A DNA stretch of 64,000 bases from Candidatus Methanarcanum sp. (GCA_045600635.1 JAZRYJ010000011.1:18440-82439); one strand, 5' to 3'. Shown: positions 36,893 through 47,351, counted from the first letter of the stretch. Made by a program: numbers and translations. Notes: a model not told the origin generated them from the letters alone.

Positions 36893-38326
36893 TCAATCGT
36901 GATGATGATGCTCATGCTTTGCTGTATGAACATTCTTCTTTCCGATCACAATGTAGTAATCGCCGTCATCACGTGAGAATATCACTTCAAGACCGTTAAT
37001 ATGGAAGAATTCCGACATCACATCAACGTCCGGAAGATAATCTGCACAGATCTCGACCCCTCCTGTTTCATGCACGTTGTTGATGTGTTCTTTGGATGAT
37101 GAATGCGCTATTGTGAGTGTGCCTCCCATCTTCAATGCATGTGAGAGGATGTGTATCGCTTCCACTGGGTCCGGGAAATGAGGGAAACAAGAATAACAGA
37201 CGATTCTGTCATACCTCTCGTTCTCTTTCATATCATAGATGTCGATCACTTTGTATTCCAGCATATCAGACTCAGGATTCTTGGATCTGGCCACTTCAAT
37301 CATGTTCTCTGAATAATCGACTGCTGTTATGTGTCCGGCCTTCATCCTTGATAGATATGGGTTGATCATCACACCTGTGCCGGTGCCGACGTCTAATATC
37401 TCTGAATCATCCTTGATATCCAACAGATCGACGATGTACTCCACTTTCTTCATATCATGAATGCTCATACCATCCCATTTATCAGCCCTGTCATTGAAGA
37501 ATTCCTTCTGTTTCGGATTCTTCTTCCTCTTTGACAGGAAATCGCTGGCCTTCTTCGAGATCATATGATGCATCTCATTCGGAACTATCACTTTATATCC
37601 GTTCACTTCTCCGACGGAAACTTCGATGCCGTATACCTCACGTATATTCTCAGGCGTTATCACTTCGCTTCCTCCGGATGCGAATATCTTACCATCTTTC
37701 ATCAGGATGAAACGATTGGAAAATCTCAATGCGAGATTCAGATCGTGATTGGTCATCACCGCACACATTCCGTTATTACGGACGATGTGTGCCAGCTTAT
37801 GCAGTACCTCATACTGGTTCTTAATGTCGAGATTGCTGGTTGGTTCATCGAGGAGCAGTACTTTAGGCTGCTGTACGATCGCCCTTGCTATCTGCACCAG
37901 CTGATACTCTCCGCCTGATACCTCATTCACCTTCTTATCTGAAATCGAAGAGATGCCCAGTGTCTCAATGACTCTGGAGACCAATTTGATATCCTTGTCC
38001 GTCACATCTACCGTGATGTATGGTTTCCTTCCTATCAGCACAGATTCAAAAACCGTACTTCCGGATACCTGTGAACTCTGAGGCACATATCCGATCTTCT
38101 TTGCGATTTCCGTTCTCTTCATAGAGAGTATGTCATCATTTTCAACTAAGACCGTACCAGAAACAGGTGTGTGGATATTGTTGATGCACTTCAGAAGTGT
38201 CGTCTTTCCTACACCGTTCGGACCCAGGATAGATACCACATCGCCCTCGGATGCTTCGAATCCCACATCTGATAATGTATTCTCAGAATCATAACTGAAT
38301 TGAATGTCAGCAATCTTCAGTATCAT
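36893..38326 (-). CDS. FecE/BtuD-type ABC ATPase fused to a class I SAM methyltransferase, with His-rich tail
   Basis: GPNGVGKT, VSGGE, LLLDEPT, H-loop; then ILDVGTGTG, VDYSENMI, YSCFPHF; ends HTAKHEHHHHD; ATGA overlap with the permease. Confidence 0.9.
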   Translation of the reverse strand: MILKIADIQFSYDSENTLSDVGFEASEGDVVSILGPNGVGKTTLLKCINNIHTPVSGTVLVENDDILSMKRTEIAKKIGYVPQSSQVSGSTVFESVLIGRKPYITVDVTDKDIKLVSRVIETLGISSISDKKVNEVSGGEYQLVQIARAIVQQPKVLLLDEPTSNLDIKNQYEVLHKLAHIVRNNGMCAVMTNHDLNLALRFSNRFILMKDGKIFASGGSEVITPENIREVYGIEVSVGEVNGYKVIVPNEMHHMISKKASDFLSKRKKNPKQKEFFNDRADKWDGMSIHDMKKVEYIVDLLDIKDDSEILDVGTGTGVMINPYLSRMKAGHITAVDYSENMIEVARSKNPESDMLEYKVIDIYDMKENERYDRIVCYSCFPHFPDPVEAIHILSHALKMGGTLTIAHSSSKEHINNVHETGGVEICADYLPDVDVMSEFFHINGLEVIFSRDDGDYYIVIGKKNVHTAKHEHHHHD

Positions 38327-39441
38327 TCTCTGTACCTCCTTATCAGGACATATATGAATGCAGGTCCGCCCAATATGGATGTCAGAAGGCCGATAGGTAG
38401 CATGACTGGATAGCATATGTTGATAGAAACGATGTTGGCTATCATAAGCAACAGCCCTCCGAATAACACGGAAATCGGTATCAGGTACCTGTGATCATTA
38501 CCTACGACCATACGTGCGATGTGCGGACCAAGCAATCCTACGAATGCGATGACTCCGAATCTGCAGACGATCAATGCCGCCAATACAGACGATATGATGA
38601 GTCCGATATTCATGAATCCTTTCGTATCAACGCCCAACCCCTTTGCGACATCCTCTCCGGCTTCCATTGCATTCATCGTCCAACGGTTGCAATAGAAGAA
38701 AATGAAAGCTATGACGAATCCTATTGCAATTGCCAGATCCCATGTCCAATCCGCATTGGCAACGGATCCGAACATCCACGACACAATCCTGCTGAGTTGT
38801 GACGGATCAGCGATGTATTGCATCAGTGTTATGCCTGCAGAGAATATCGCGCTGACCGCTATCCCCGACAGCACCATTGTTTCGGCCGAAATGTTGGTGA
38901 CTTTGGTCAGCAGTATTATCAGCCCTGTGGCCAGCAATGCGAATACAAATGCGAGTATAGGGGTTATCGCCTGTGAAAGAACCGTTCCGATGAAAAGATT
39001 CTCGATGAATATCGTGGATAACGCAGCACCGAAGGCTGCAGCATTGGACAACCCCAATGTGAACGGTGATGCCAATGGATTCTTCAGAATGCATTGCATG
39101 ACGGTTCCTGAAAGTGACAACGCAGCGCCTGTGATCAAGGCTGCGACCATTATCGGGAGATCCACGTTCCAGACGAATTTACCTACCATGGTGGAAAGAT
39201 CGTGTGTAAAGAATGCTGCCAATGCTCCGATCACATCGAAACGGATATTGTTCACAATGATAGTGACAAAGATCATTATCACCACAGCGATTATCGAACC
39301 TATGATCCACCTTTTCTTCTTCTGAACAGATGCTCTGTATGATGTCTCCGTCACAGATGTCTCTTCGTCCAGATTGTCATAGATCTTGTAATCTCTCGTC
39401 TTCTCACCAATCCAACCATCCAGTACCGTGTGATTGATCAC
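38323..39441 (-). CDS. FecCD/BtuC-type ABC permease
   Basis: GAALSLSG..MQ..LKNPLASPFTLG, G.IAFVGL..PHIAR, PIGLLTS..GGP. Confidence 0.95.
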   Translation of the reverse strand: MINHTVLDGWIGEKTRDYKIYDNLDEETSVTETSYRASVQKKKRWIIGSIIAVVIMIFVTIIVNNIRFDVIGALAAFFTHDLSTMVGKFVWNVDLPIMVAALITGAALSLSGTVMQCILKNPLASPFTLGLSNAAAFGAALSTIFIENLFIGTVLSQAITPILAFVFALLATGLIILLTKVTNISAETMVLSGIAVSAIFSAGITLMQYIADPSQLSRIVSWMFGSVANADWTWDLAIAIGFVIAFIFFYCNRWTMNAMEAGEDVAKGLGVDTKGFMNIGLIISSVLAALIVCRFGVIAFVGLLGPHIARMVVGNDHRYLIPISVLFGGLLLMIANIVSINICYPVMLPIGLLTSILGGPAFIYVLIRRYRE

Positions 39442-40525
39442 GAATGATGTCGTCGACAGTCATGTCTGTATTGGGGTAGAACAGTTCCAACACTTCATCC
39501 ATTTTATCATCAATATCATAATCGAAAATATCTGGATCCAAAACTGAACCGATGAAATACGCATTCATCAATTCGGACTCCCAATTGGTACCATAGTATT
39601 TCCAGATGAATAATGAGAATATCCTTTCATCAGCAACACTGTTGTTTTTGACGGCAGAAGTCTCATTCAGCCCTTTGTTCCTGTCATCATTAAATTGTTC
39701 ATGCGACTGTTCATACGTCATCGCATCAATGAAAATGTACTCCGTATTACTTGATGACACTGCGGTAATGTTGGTCAAATACGGATTTCCACCCATTTTT
39801 TCTTCCATCACATTCTCTAACCCGACCAACTCGAATGGATGATAGTTTCCTGTGGTCATATAGAAGCCGCCGTTCATCATATAGAACATGCCGCCGATGT
39901 ATGCAGAATGATTGCCTGTCACTTTTACTGACATCTCTTTAAGTTCATTCTGCATCACATTTATGCCGTTCAGAAGTTCGTCAGCACGTTCCTTCCTATT
40001 GAGGACGTCCCCGATGATCCTGATGTTCTTCTCGAACATCTTACTGCCGAGGTCGACATTGCCTTCCGCATTTACGGCCACTACAGGGATTCCTGTCACA
40101 GTCTGCAATGTATTAAGAGTATCGATCGATTCCTTGGAAGTGATTATCACCTGCGGATCGACACTCATGATCTCTCTGTAACTGGTCTCGTCTCCGATAC
40201 ATTGTATCTTCTTGATCTCCGGATGTATGATGCGGTATGTGGCACATGCATATTTATCAGAATGCAAAATGTCCGCGTCCTTACTGTCAATACCGACAAT
40301 CTTGTCAACAGCATCAAAATATGCCATCAATCTGACAGAACCAGCTGAAAGACACACGACTCTGCTGATGTCACCGGGTATCATCACATGTCTGTTACGT
40401 GCATCGACTATCTCGACATCTCCGGATGTATTGTTGCCGCTTACGGGTATAAAAATGACTATCGCTGCTGCTATAACCAATACTGCTGCGATGACTGCAA
40501 TCGTCTTTTTTGTAGCACCATCCAT
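39404..40525 (-). CDS. Class III (iron-chelate/cobalamin) ABC substrate-binding protein
   Basis: N-terminal anchor, DARNRHVMIP.DISRVVCL, E.IMSVDPQVII. Confidence 0.9.
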   Translation of the reverse strand: MDGATKKTIAVIAAVLVIAAAIVIFIPVSGNNTSGDVEIVDARNRHVMIPGDISRVVCLSAGSVRLMAYFDAVDKIVGIDSKDADILHSDKYACATYRIIHPEIKKIQCIGDETSYREIMSVDPQVIITSKESIDTLNTLQTVTGIPVVAVNAEGNVDLGSKMFEKNIRIIGDVLNRKERADELLNGINVMQNELKEMSVKVTGNHSAYIGGMFYMMNGGFYMTTGNYHPFELVGLENVMEEKMGGNPYLTNITAVSSSNTEYIFIDAMTYEQSHEQFNDDRNKGLNETSAVKNNSVADERIFSLFIWKYYGTNWESELMNAYFIGSVLDPDIFDYDIDDKMDEVLELFYPNTDMTVDDIIRDQSHGTGWLDW

Positions 40526-40675
40526 ATTTGCACACTCTGGTATTGTATACTCCTAAATACACCGAATATATTAAACGAGCATTACCGAAAAGGATAATGA
40601 GTTTTTAACACTAATACAGATTCGAATTTGATTCTTCCCTCTTTTTTATATATAGCCCTACTATAAAGGAGGTCC

Positions 40676-42481
40676 GTGCAAGACATATTATCGGCATTGG
40701 GGAACATCGGTACAGAAGGTGGCATCACAGAAAATATGTTGATTACAACAATGGCTGTAATGTTGCTTCTAGCTGGCATATGTGCTGTCATTTTCCACAA
40801 AATAAGACTCCCGCCGATAGTCGGTTACCTTATCGCCGGAATAATAATTGTCAATGTCTTCTCCGATGAAGATTTCACTAAGATTTTCAGTGTAGAAACA
40901 ATCGGTGTGCTGAAAAATATCGGATTAATCATGCTTATGTTCGGTATCGGTACTGAACTCAATTTCAATAAGGTGAAAAAAGCAGGAAAATTCGCCATTC
41001 TTGTTGCCGTCATCCAATTGCCGTTGATGGTACTTTCTGGATGCATCTTAGGCGCAATGATATTTAATCTGAATCCGACGGCTGCGATCACACTCGGTGC
41101 TGTCATATCAGGTTCGAGCACTGCAGTCGTGGCTGCCGTATTGAAGTCACAGAAACGCATCTCGCAGGAAGACTATGATACACTGATTCTCGTAACAATC
41201 ATGGAAGACATCGGTCAAGTCATAATATTGTCGATGATCACACCGTTATTCGCAGGAGCTCAAAGCGATGCGTATGAACTCATAGCGCTGATTATAAAGA
41301 TCATTCTGTTCATGGTCATAAGCATAGTACTTGGTCTTAAGGTAGTACCGCGCATTCTCAATTGGATTGGTGACAAGACCAACAGTGAGATACTTCTTGT
41401 CCTGTCTATCGGACTCTGTTTCGGAATGGCATGGTTATCCAGCTCCATAGGGATGTCCACTGCTATCGGTGCATTCCTCATGGGGATGATTGTTTCTCAA
41501 AGCAAGTATGCGCCCGACATTGAGAAGAAAACTGACCCTATGAAGGCTGTGTTCATGGCAGTATTCTTCATCTCAATCGGTATGGAGGTAGGAATCAATG
41601 AATTCATTGACAGTCTACCTATGGCCATCGGTATCGCAGCGATATTCATGATATCCAAATTGGTGACAGTGTTCATCGGATACTTCGTTGGCGGGAAGAG
41701 ATTCGGCATCAGCTTCATTTCTTCTATATCACTCATGGCCATGGGTGAATTCGCATTCATCATATCCAGTCAGGCTCATAACAGTGGTGTCGTAAGTGAC
41801 AACTTCTACTTTGCAGTCATCGGTGCTGCGATAATCACGATGATATTGATGCCCATATTCGCAAACAAATCATTCGATATCGCAGACAAAGTTGAAGAGA
41901 ACAAGAACAGTGATTCTTTCATATACCGTGTCGGCAGACGTATCTACGGCATCAGAGAGGATGTTGCAACAAAGATTGAAACTTCACCTTCCGTCGGAGA
42001 TGTAGTGAAGAAGAATCTCAAAAAGTCATACTTCTGTCTTCTCCTTATCGTCGTGATTCAGATCATATTCTCATGCGCATCATATGACATCACCAAATTC
42101 TTCGTCAAATTAGTAGAACAATTTGTCGAATTCGACAACATAGAATTTGTTGTGAACATCTGTGTAATGACCGTTAATTTCATCTTGCTCACAATTCCGA
42201 CATCGTACTTCATCATCTCATTGAAAGGCATAGGCAGAATCATGACTGAAGAATTGGAACCGAATGCGACTGAAGGAGAAAAGAGGAAGAGAGCGATTAA
42301 ATTGAGGATACTTGGCGTAAGTACATTCGCATTTGTCGTTGCAATAGATTTCATCATCATGGCGGTGACACCGGGACCATTCGGTGGAAAAGGTACGCTC
42401 ATTGTCATTCCGATAGCAATAATAATATTATTGCTCGGATGGTTCCTTTCCGGTCTGAAAACCAAGAAAGAAACCGAGTAA
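40676..42481 (+). CDS. CPA2-family cation:proton antiporter (KefB-like membrane domain)
   Basis: LPPIVGYLIAG, SSTAVV, LVTIMEDI, GAFLMG, MGEFAFII; AAGGAGG RBS before the GTG. Confidence 0.9.
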   Translation: MQDILSALGNIGTEGGITENMLITTMAVMLLLAGICAVIFHKIRLPPIVGYLIAGIIIVNVFSDEDFTKIFSVETIGVLKNIGLIMLMFGIGTELNFNKVKKAGKFAILVAVIQLPLMVLSGCILGAMIFNLNPTAAITLGAVISGSSTAVVAAVLKSQKRISQEDYDTLILVTIMEDIGQVIILSMITPLFAGAQSDAYELIALIIKIILFMVISIVLGLKVVPRILNWIGDKTNSEILLVLSIGLCFGMAWLSSSIGMSTAIGAFLMGMIVSQSKYAPDIEKKTDPMKAVFMAVFFISIGMEVGINEFIDSLPMAIGIAAIFMISKLVTVFIGYFVGGKRFGISFISSISLMAMGEFAFIISSQAHNSGVVSDNFYFAVIGAAIITMILMPIFANKSFDIADKVEENKNSDSFIYRVGRRIYGIREDVATKIETSPSVGDVVKKNLKKSYFCLLLIVVIQIIFSCASYDITKFFVKLVEQFVEFDNIEFVVNICVMTVNFILLTIPTSYFIISLKGIGRIMTEELEPNATEGEKRKRAIKLRILGVSTFAFVVAIDFIIMAVTPGPFGGKGTLIVIPIAIIILLLGWFLSGLKTKKETE

Positions 42482-42571
42482 CTTGTGATTCTTTTTAATT
42501 TTTTCAAATTTTAAATTTAGTTTATCCTAAATATGTATTTTAAACACATATGCCAGCACATTCTACAAATG

Positions 42572-42610
42572 TTTTATTTTAAAATTACATTATTTGATTT
42601 TAAAATAAAA
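42572..42610. repeat. 14-bp perfect inverted repeat in the AT-rich region upstream of ppsA
   Basis: TTTTATTTTAAAAT-(11 nt)-ATTTTAAAATAAAA. Confidence 0.6.
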
Positions 42611-42704
42611 ATTAATCAAAAGACTATTAAATGCCTATCATAATCCGAACTCAGATGCACAGGCATATCGAATAATCCCAAATTCGAAGAATACCGGCGA
42701 TATT

Positions 42705-45026
42705 ATGGAAAGAAAAATAATTGATGTGAACGAATTGTGTGTGAATGACATCCCTATTGTTGGCGGAAAAGGAGCCAACTTGGGTGAGCTTACAAGAGCA
42801 GGATTTCCTGTCCCGAATGCTTTTGTACTGACGACTGCCGCATATGACTACTTCATCAAAAAGAGCAACATATTCGACAGAATCAATGAAGAACTGAAAG
42901 GAATCGACAGAAACTCTGATGACAGCCTTACAAAGGCGTCAGAGAAGATCAGAGACATATTTGAAAAATGCGAGATTCCTTCAGATCTGAAAAAGGACAT
43001 CATTTCAAGCTATCACAAACTCTTCGGCAACAACAAGGAAGGTTTCGTTGCAGTACGTTCATCTGCAACTGCTGAAGATCTCCCGGATGCATCATTCGCA
43101 GGACAGCAGGAGACATACCTGAATGTTCACGGAGAGGATGATCTCTTCGATAAAGTCAGAAAATGCTGGTCATCGCTTTTCACAGCAAGAGCTATCGCAT
43201 ATCGTGAAAAACAGGGATTCGCACATGAGGATGTAAAACTCGCAGTAGTGGTTCAAAAAATGGTCAATTCTGAAGTATCAGGAATCATGTTCACTGTTGA
43301 CCCGAACAGCGGTGTCAAAGAGATTGTCATCGAAGCCGGTTTCGGTCTCGGAGAAGCTATCGTCGGCGGAGAAGTCACACCTGATACATACAAAGTCGAC
43401 AAATCGACGATGACCGTGAAGAAGAAAAGAATCTCCACACAGAAATGGAAATACACCAAAGATGCAAAAGACGGACATACTGTCAAAGTGAATATTCCTG
43501 AGAAACAACAGAAAATTCAGAAGATCGACGACCGTCGCGTATCAGAGGTCGCAGAGATCGGCAGACAGATTGAGATTCACTACGACAAACCGATGGATAT
43601 GGAATGGTGTATCGAAGACAATAAGGTCTACATCGTTCAGGCCAGACCCATCACGGCTGTCGGAGATTCAGCCACTAATGAGACCGTGGGTGAAGAAGTC
43701 GCAAGCGAAGATATTCTTACAACAGGTCTCGGTGCAAGTCCGGGTTTCGCTTCGGGAAAAGTGTGCATCTTCGATATGTCCATGTCGCTCGATGTGGTAA
43801 AGGACGGAGATATCCTTGTCACTACAATGACGATGCCTGATATGGTCCCGGCCATGAGCAGAGCTGCAGCAATTGTCACGGATGAAGGAGGGATGACATG
43901 TCACGCTGCGATTATCTCAAGAGAATTGGGAACTCCGTGTGTCGTAGGAACAGGAAATGCCACTTCAATACTGAAGAACGGCCAGATGATCACCGTTGAC
44001 GGTACCACAGGTACTGTCTACAAAGGCGACCTCGCAAAGAAAAAAGGAGACAAAGCACCCGAACAACAGACAACAACTGTATTCGCAGAGTCAGCACCTG
44101 TTACAGGTACAGGCGTAATGGTCAACATGAGCATACCTGCGAAAGCCGAAGAAGTGGCAAGTCTTCCAGTCGACGGTGTAGGGCTCATGAGATCAGAATT
44201 CCTCTTCACCAATTACATCGGTGAGCACCCGCTCGCAATGATTGCTGAAGGAAGAGCAAATGAGATGATTGATAAACTCGCAGACGGTATCGCAAAAGTC
44301 TGCCGTGCGTTCTATCCGAGAAAGATAGTTCTCAGAACATCTGACTTCAAAACGAATGAGTACCGTGACATGAAAGGCGGTGCAGAATACGAACCTGAAG
44401 AGGACAACCCTATGATCGGCTGGAGAGGATGCTCGAGATATGTCTCACCTGACTACAAAGAAGCATTCATGTGCGAACTTCAGGCGATAAAGAAAGTACG
44501 TAATGAGATGGGCATGAAGAACCTATGTGTCATGCTTCCGTTCGTCAGAACTGTTGAGGAAGCGAGAGAGATCGTAGGCTACATGGAAAGTATCGGACTG
44601 AAAAGAAGTAAAGATTTCAAACTCTACTTCATGGCAGAGATTCCGGCCAACATATTCATGGCAGATGAATTCTCCAAGTACTGTGACGGATTCTCCATCG
44701 GATCCAATGATCTTACTCAACTCACGATGGGTGCCGATAGGGATTCGGATATCCTCGGACGCATGGGATACTTCGACGAAAGAAATGAAGCTGTCAAGAG
44801 AGCAATCAGTCATCTTATCAAAGTGGCTCATGAGAACAACGTGACAGTCGGAATCTGCGGTCAGGGGCCGTCAGTGTATCCTGAATTCACAGAATTCCTT
44901 GTAAGAGAGGGAATCGATTACGTTTCACTCAACCCCGATACAGTCATCAAAACAAAGAAGATGATCGCATCTGTCGAACAGAAGATCATCCTTGAAGGCC
45001 TCAGAGAACTGAGGAACAGACAGTGA
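42705..45026 (+). CDS. ppsA: Phosphoenolpyruvate synthase (pyruvate, water dikinase)
   Basis: VGGKGANLGEL, VRSSATAEDLPDASFAGQQET, GGMTCHAAI (phospho-His), NPMIGWRG, FSIGSNDLTQL. Confidence 0.98.
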   Translation: MERKIIDVNELCVNDIPIVGGKGANLGELTRAGFPVPNAFVLTTAAYDYFIKKSNIFDRINEELKGIDRNSDDSLTKASEKIRDIFEKCEIPSDLKKDIISSYHKLFGNNKEGFVAVRSSATAEDLPDASFAGQQETYLNVHGEDDLFDKVRKCWSSLFTARAIAYREKQGFAHEDVKLAVVVQKMVNSEVSGIMFTVDPNSGVKEIVIEAGFGLGEAIVGGEVTPDTYKVDKSTMTVKKKRISTQKWKYTKDAKDGHTVKVNIPEKQQKIQKIDDRRVSEVAEIGRQIEIHYDKPMDMEWCIEDNKVYIVQARPITAVGDSATNETVGEEVASEDILTTGLGASPGFASGKVCIFDMSMSLDVVKDGDILVTTMTMPDMVPAMSRAAAIVTDEGGMTCHAAIISRELGTPCVVGTGNATSILKNGQMITVDGTTGTVYKGDLAKKKGDKAPEQQTTTVFAESAPVTGTGVMVNMSIPAKAEEVASLPVDGVGLMRSEFLFTNYIGEHPLAMIAEGRANEMIDKLADGIAKVCRAFYPRKIVLRTSDFKTNEYRDMKGGAEYEPEEDNPMIGWRGCSRYVSPDYKEAFMCELQAIKKVRNEMGMKNLCVMLPFVRTVEEAREIVGYMESIGLKRSKDFKLYFMAEIPANIFMADEFSKYCDGFSIGSNDLTQLTMGADRDSDILGRMGYFDERNEAVKRAISHLIKVAHENNVTVGICGQGPSVYPEFTEFLVREGIDYVSLNPDTVIKTKKMIASVEQKIILEGLRELRNRQ

Positions 45027-45030
45027 ATAT

Positions 45031-45054
45031 GGTCGTGGCCAGACGGCCACGGCC
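45031..45054 (+). terminator. GC-rich stem-loop after ppsA
   Basis: GGTCGTGGCC-AGAC-GGCCACGGCC, 10 bp with one G-U pair. Confidence 0.6.
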
Positions 45055-45122
45055 GTTCCAAACTACTTATCGTTCTTTTATAGCAATAATCTTAAATACA
45101 ACATTAACATCGGTGCGATTGG

Positions 45123-45244
45123 TATGACGGCCATAGCGGCGGTGTAACACCCGGTCCCATTCCGAACCCGGCAGTAAAGCCCGCCTGCGTCTCTGTTTGT
45201 ACTGTATTGCGCAAGTGTACGGGAATTCAGAAACGCTGTCAGCC
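45123..45244 (+). rRNA. rrf: 5S rRNA, unlinked from 16S/23S
   Basis: GGCCATAGCGG, CCCGGTCCCATTCCGAACCCGG.AGT.AAGC, terminal TGACGGC/GCTGTCA helix; ends approximate. Confidence 0.95.
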
Positions 45245-45315
45245 ACTTATTCCACTTCAATTCTTTCAATGTACATTCTGACAATAAATTGATTATCTGC
45301 TCTCTCCTTTCATGG

Positions 45316-45975
45316 ATGATGACATCCATCGACGGTTTCGAAGTCAACATTCAAAGAAAGAAGATAAAGAATCTTCATCTCAGAGTGACAAATGATGGTG
45401 ATATCGTTTTGTCCATACCGATGAAATATCCGATTGATGATGCAATCGAATTTGTAAAAAATAATGAAGATTGGATCAGAAAACGCATAGAATATGTGAA
45501 TTCAACAAAGATCGAATACATAGACGGTGAAACTATAACGATTCTCGGAAAGTCTGTAACGCTCCGCATAATTATTTCAAATATCTGTTCAGCCAGAATT
45601 CTTAATGATGAAGTTATTCTTACGATAACAGATGACGACGTGAAAATCAAACAATTTGCTCTCCGCAAACTCCACTCAGATATCGTTAAAGAAATTGCAG
45701 ATAAATTCATTCCAAAATGGGAAGAAATCACAGGATTGATGTCCTCCTCATATCAAACAAGATACATGAAAACACGTTGGGGGACATGCAATCACAAAAC
45801 AAGAAAGATCTGGCTGAGCACTGAATTAGCGAAGAAACCGATCGAATGCATAGAGTATGTGATACTTCATGAGATCATACACTTACAAATCCCCAATCAC
45901 GGTGATGAATTCAAAGAATTGATGACAGAATACATGCCTGATTGGAAAGAGAGAAGAAGGATGTTAAAGAACTGA
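45316..45975 (+). CDS. M48/YgjP-like (SprT-family) metal-dependent hydrolase
   Basis: MKTRWGTCN, YVILHEIIH, NHGDEF. Confidence 0.9.
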   Translation: MMTSIDGFEVNIQRKKIKNLHLRVTNDGDIVLSIPMKYPIDDAIEFVKNNEDWIRKRIEYVNSTKIEYIDGETITILGKSVTLRIIISNICSARILNDEVILTITDDDVKIKQFALRKLHSDIVKEIADKFIPKWEEITGLMSSSYQTRYMKTRWGTCNHKTRKIWLSTELAKKPIECIEYVILHEIIHLQIPNHGDEFKELMTEYMPDWKERRRMLKN

Positions 45976-47220
45976 TCATTGCAATTCTTTAGCAAGATCC
46001 TCGATCTTAACAAGTTTCTGATCGCCGGATTCCATATCGCGAAGTGTCACAGATCTCTGTTCTAATTCCTGTGAACCTACTATCACTGCATATTTCGCAC
46101 CGCATACGGATGCATATTTCATTGCTTTGGCCATCTTACGTCCCATTATATCTATATCTGAAACGATACCTGCCTCACGCAACACGGATACGATTCTCGA
46201 TGCGTCCAATTTCACATTCTCTGAAACAGGAATTACATATGCTGTGATTCCTTCATTCTCGTATGTCTGACCTTCTTTCTCCATCGCGAGAAGGATCCTG
46301 TCGAATCCGACAGCGAATCCCGTTGAGAACACTTTTTCTCCGCCGAACAATTCCGACAGAGTATATGATCCTCCTCCGCAGATCTGCTTCTCAGCGCCTA
46401 ATGACGGTGCTTCTGCTTCAAAGACCATGCCTGTGTAATAGTCAAGACCTCTTACGACTCCGAGATCGATTTCAATATCTTTCACACCCATTGCATCAAG
46501 AATACTGACTAGATTCCTGAGATAATCACCTGCTTCTCCGGGGACTTTAGACAATACTTCAACGCCACCGACAGTCTCGGTGAGCTCGAATACCCCTTTG
46601 ATCTTGTCTTTCGGTACACCCATTGAATCCAGAAGCGGTTCGGCCTCATCGTACAGTTTCTTGTCCAATTTCTGAAGTACTTCAGCCATCCTCTCCTTGG
46701 GAACTCCGGCATCCAGCACTTTCTGTCTGAGGACACCGATGTGTCCTATCCTGAGCTTATATTCCTTCAACCCCAACGCTTTAATCATCGATGATGCCAT
46801 TGAAATGATTTCAGCATCAGACTCAGGATTTGGATTACCGATCAATTCAGCACCAAATTGGAAGAATTCTCTGTATCTTCCACTCTGCGGTCTTTCGTAC
46901 CTGAAACACTGACCGAAATAGAACATCTTGATCGGCTTAGGATCATTGCTCATCTCATTGACGAACATACGGATGGTCGGCGCGGTCATCTCAGGGCGCA
47001 ACGCTATCTCCCTGTCGCCTTTATCCTTAAAAGCGTAGAGCTCTCCGAGAACGTTAGGTCCCGATCTGAGAATGAAAAGCTCGGACTCTTCGAACATCGG
47101 TGTGGCGACCTCTCTGAATCCATAGGTCTTTGCCACTTTTCTCAGAATACCTTCGTAGTGTCTCCTTTTTTCCATCTCATCCGGGAGAAAGTCCCTTGTA
47201 CCGCGCGGACGCTGTATCAT
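45976..47220 (-). CDS. hisS: Histidyl-tRNA synthetase
   Basis: QRPRGTRDF, LRPEMTAP, RYERPQSGRYREFFQFG, VRGLDYYTG, GGGSY, GFAVGFDR. Confidence 0.98.
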   Translation of the reverse strand: MIQRPRGTRDFLPDEMEKRRHYEGILRKVAKTYGFREVATPMFEESELFILRSGPNVLGELYAFKDKGDREIALRPEMTAPTIRMFVNEMSNDPKPIKMFYFGQCFRYERPQSGRYREFFQFGAELIGNPNPESDAEIISMASSMIKALGLKEYKLRIGHIGVLRQKVLDAGVPKERMAEVLQKLDKKLYDEAEPLLDSMGVPKDKIKGVFELTETVGGVEVLSKVPGEAGDYLRNLVSILDAMGVKDIEIDLGVVRGLDYYTGMVFEAEAPSLGAEKQICGGGSYTLSELFGGEKVFSTGFAVGFDRILLAMEKEGQTYENEGITAYVIPVSENVKLDASRIVSVLREAGIVSDIDIMGRKMAKAMKYASVCGAKYAVIVGSQELEQRSVTLRDMESGDQKLVKIEDLAKELQ

Positions 47221-47280
47221 AGGTCAGCTTAATGCATATCACATTATTAACATATGTGATAGGTGTGATACATGCTTTCT

Positions 47281-47328
47281 AGTATATTATTAAGTATATT
47301 ATTAAGTATATTATTGAGTATATCATTC
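47281..47328. repeat. Four tandem 12-bp repeats
   Basis: AGTATATTATTA, AGTATATTATTA, AGTATATTATTG, AGTATATCATTC. Confidence 0.85.
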
Positions 47329-47351
47329 ATTAATTTAATCGGAGGCATGTA

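Noticed and set aside
40526-40675. Cobalamin riboswitch or NikR box ahead of the first ABC importer
   Set aside because: No B12-box consensus. The GTATT...AATAC half-sites are too short to distinguish from AT-rich background.
42482-42704. Replication origin (AT-rich unwinding element)
   Set aside because: No ORB-like GTTCCAGTGGAAAC/G-string repeats and no orc1/cdc6 gene nearby.
47247-47330. Minus-strand mini-ORF MNDILNNILNNILNNILESMYHTYHIC as a His leader peptide for hisS
   Set aside because: It arises from the 12-bp repeat, has only two non-adjacent His codons and no attenuator, and the hisS TATA box lies downstream of most of it.
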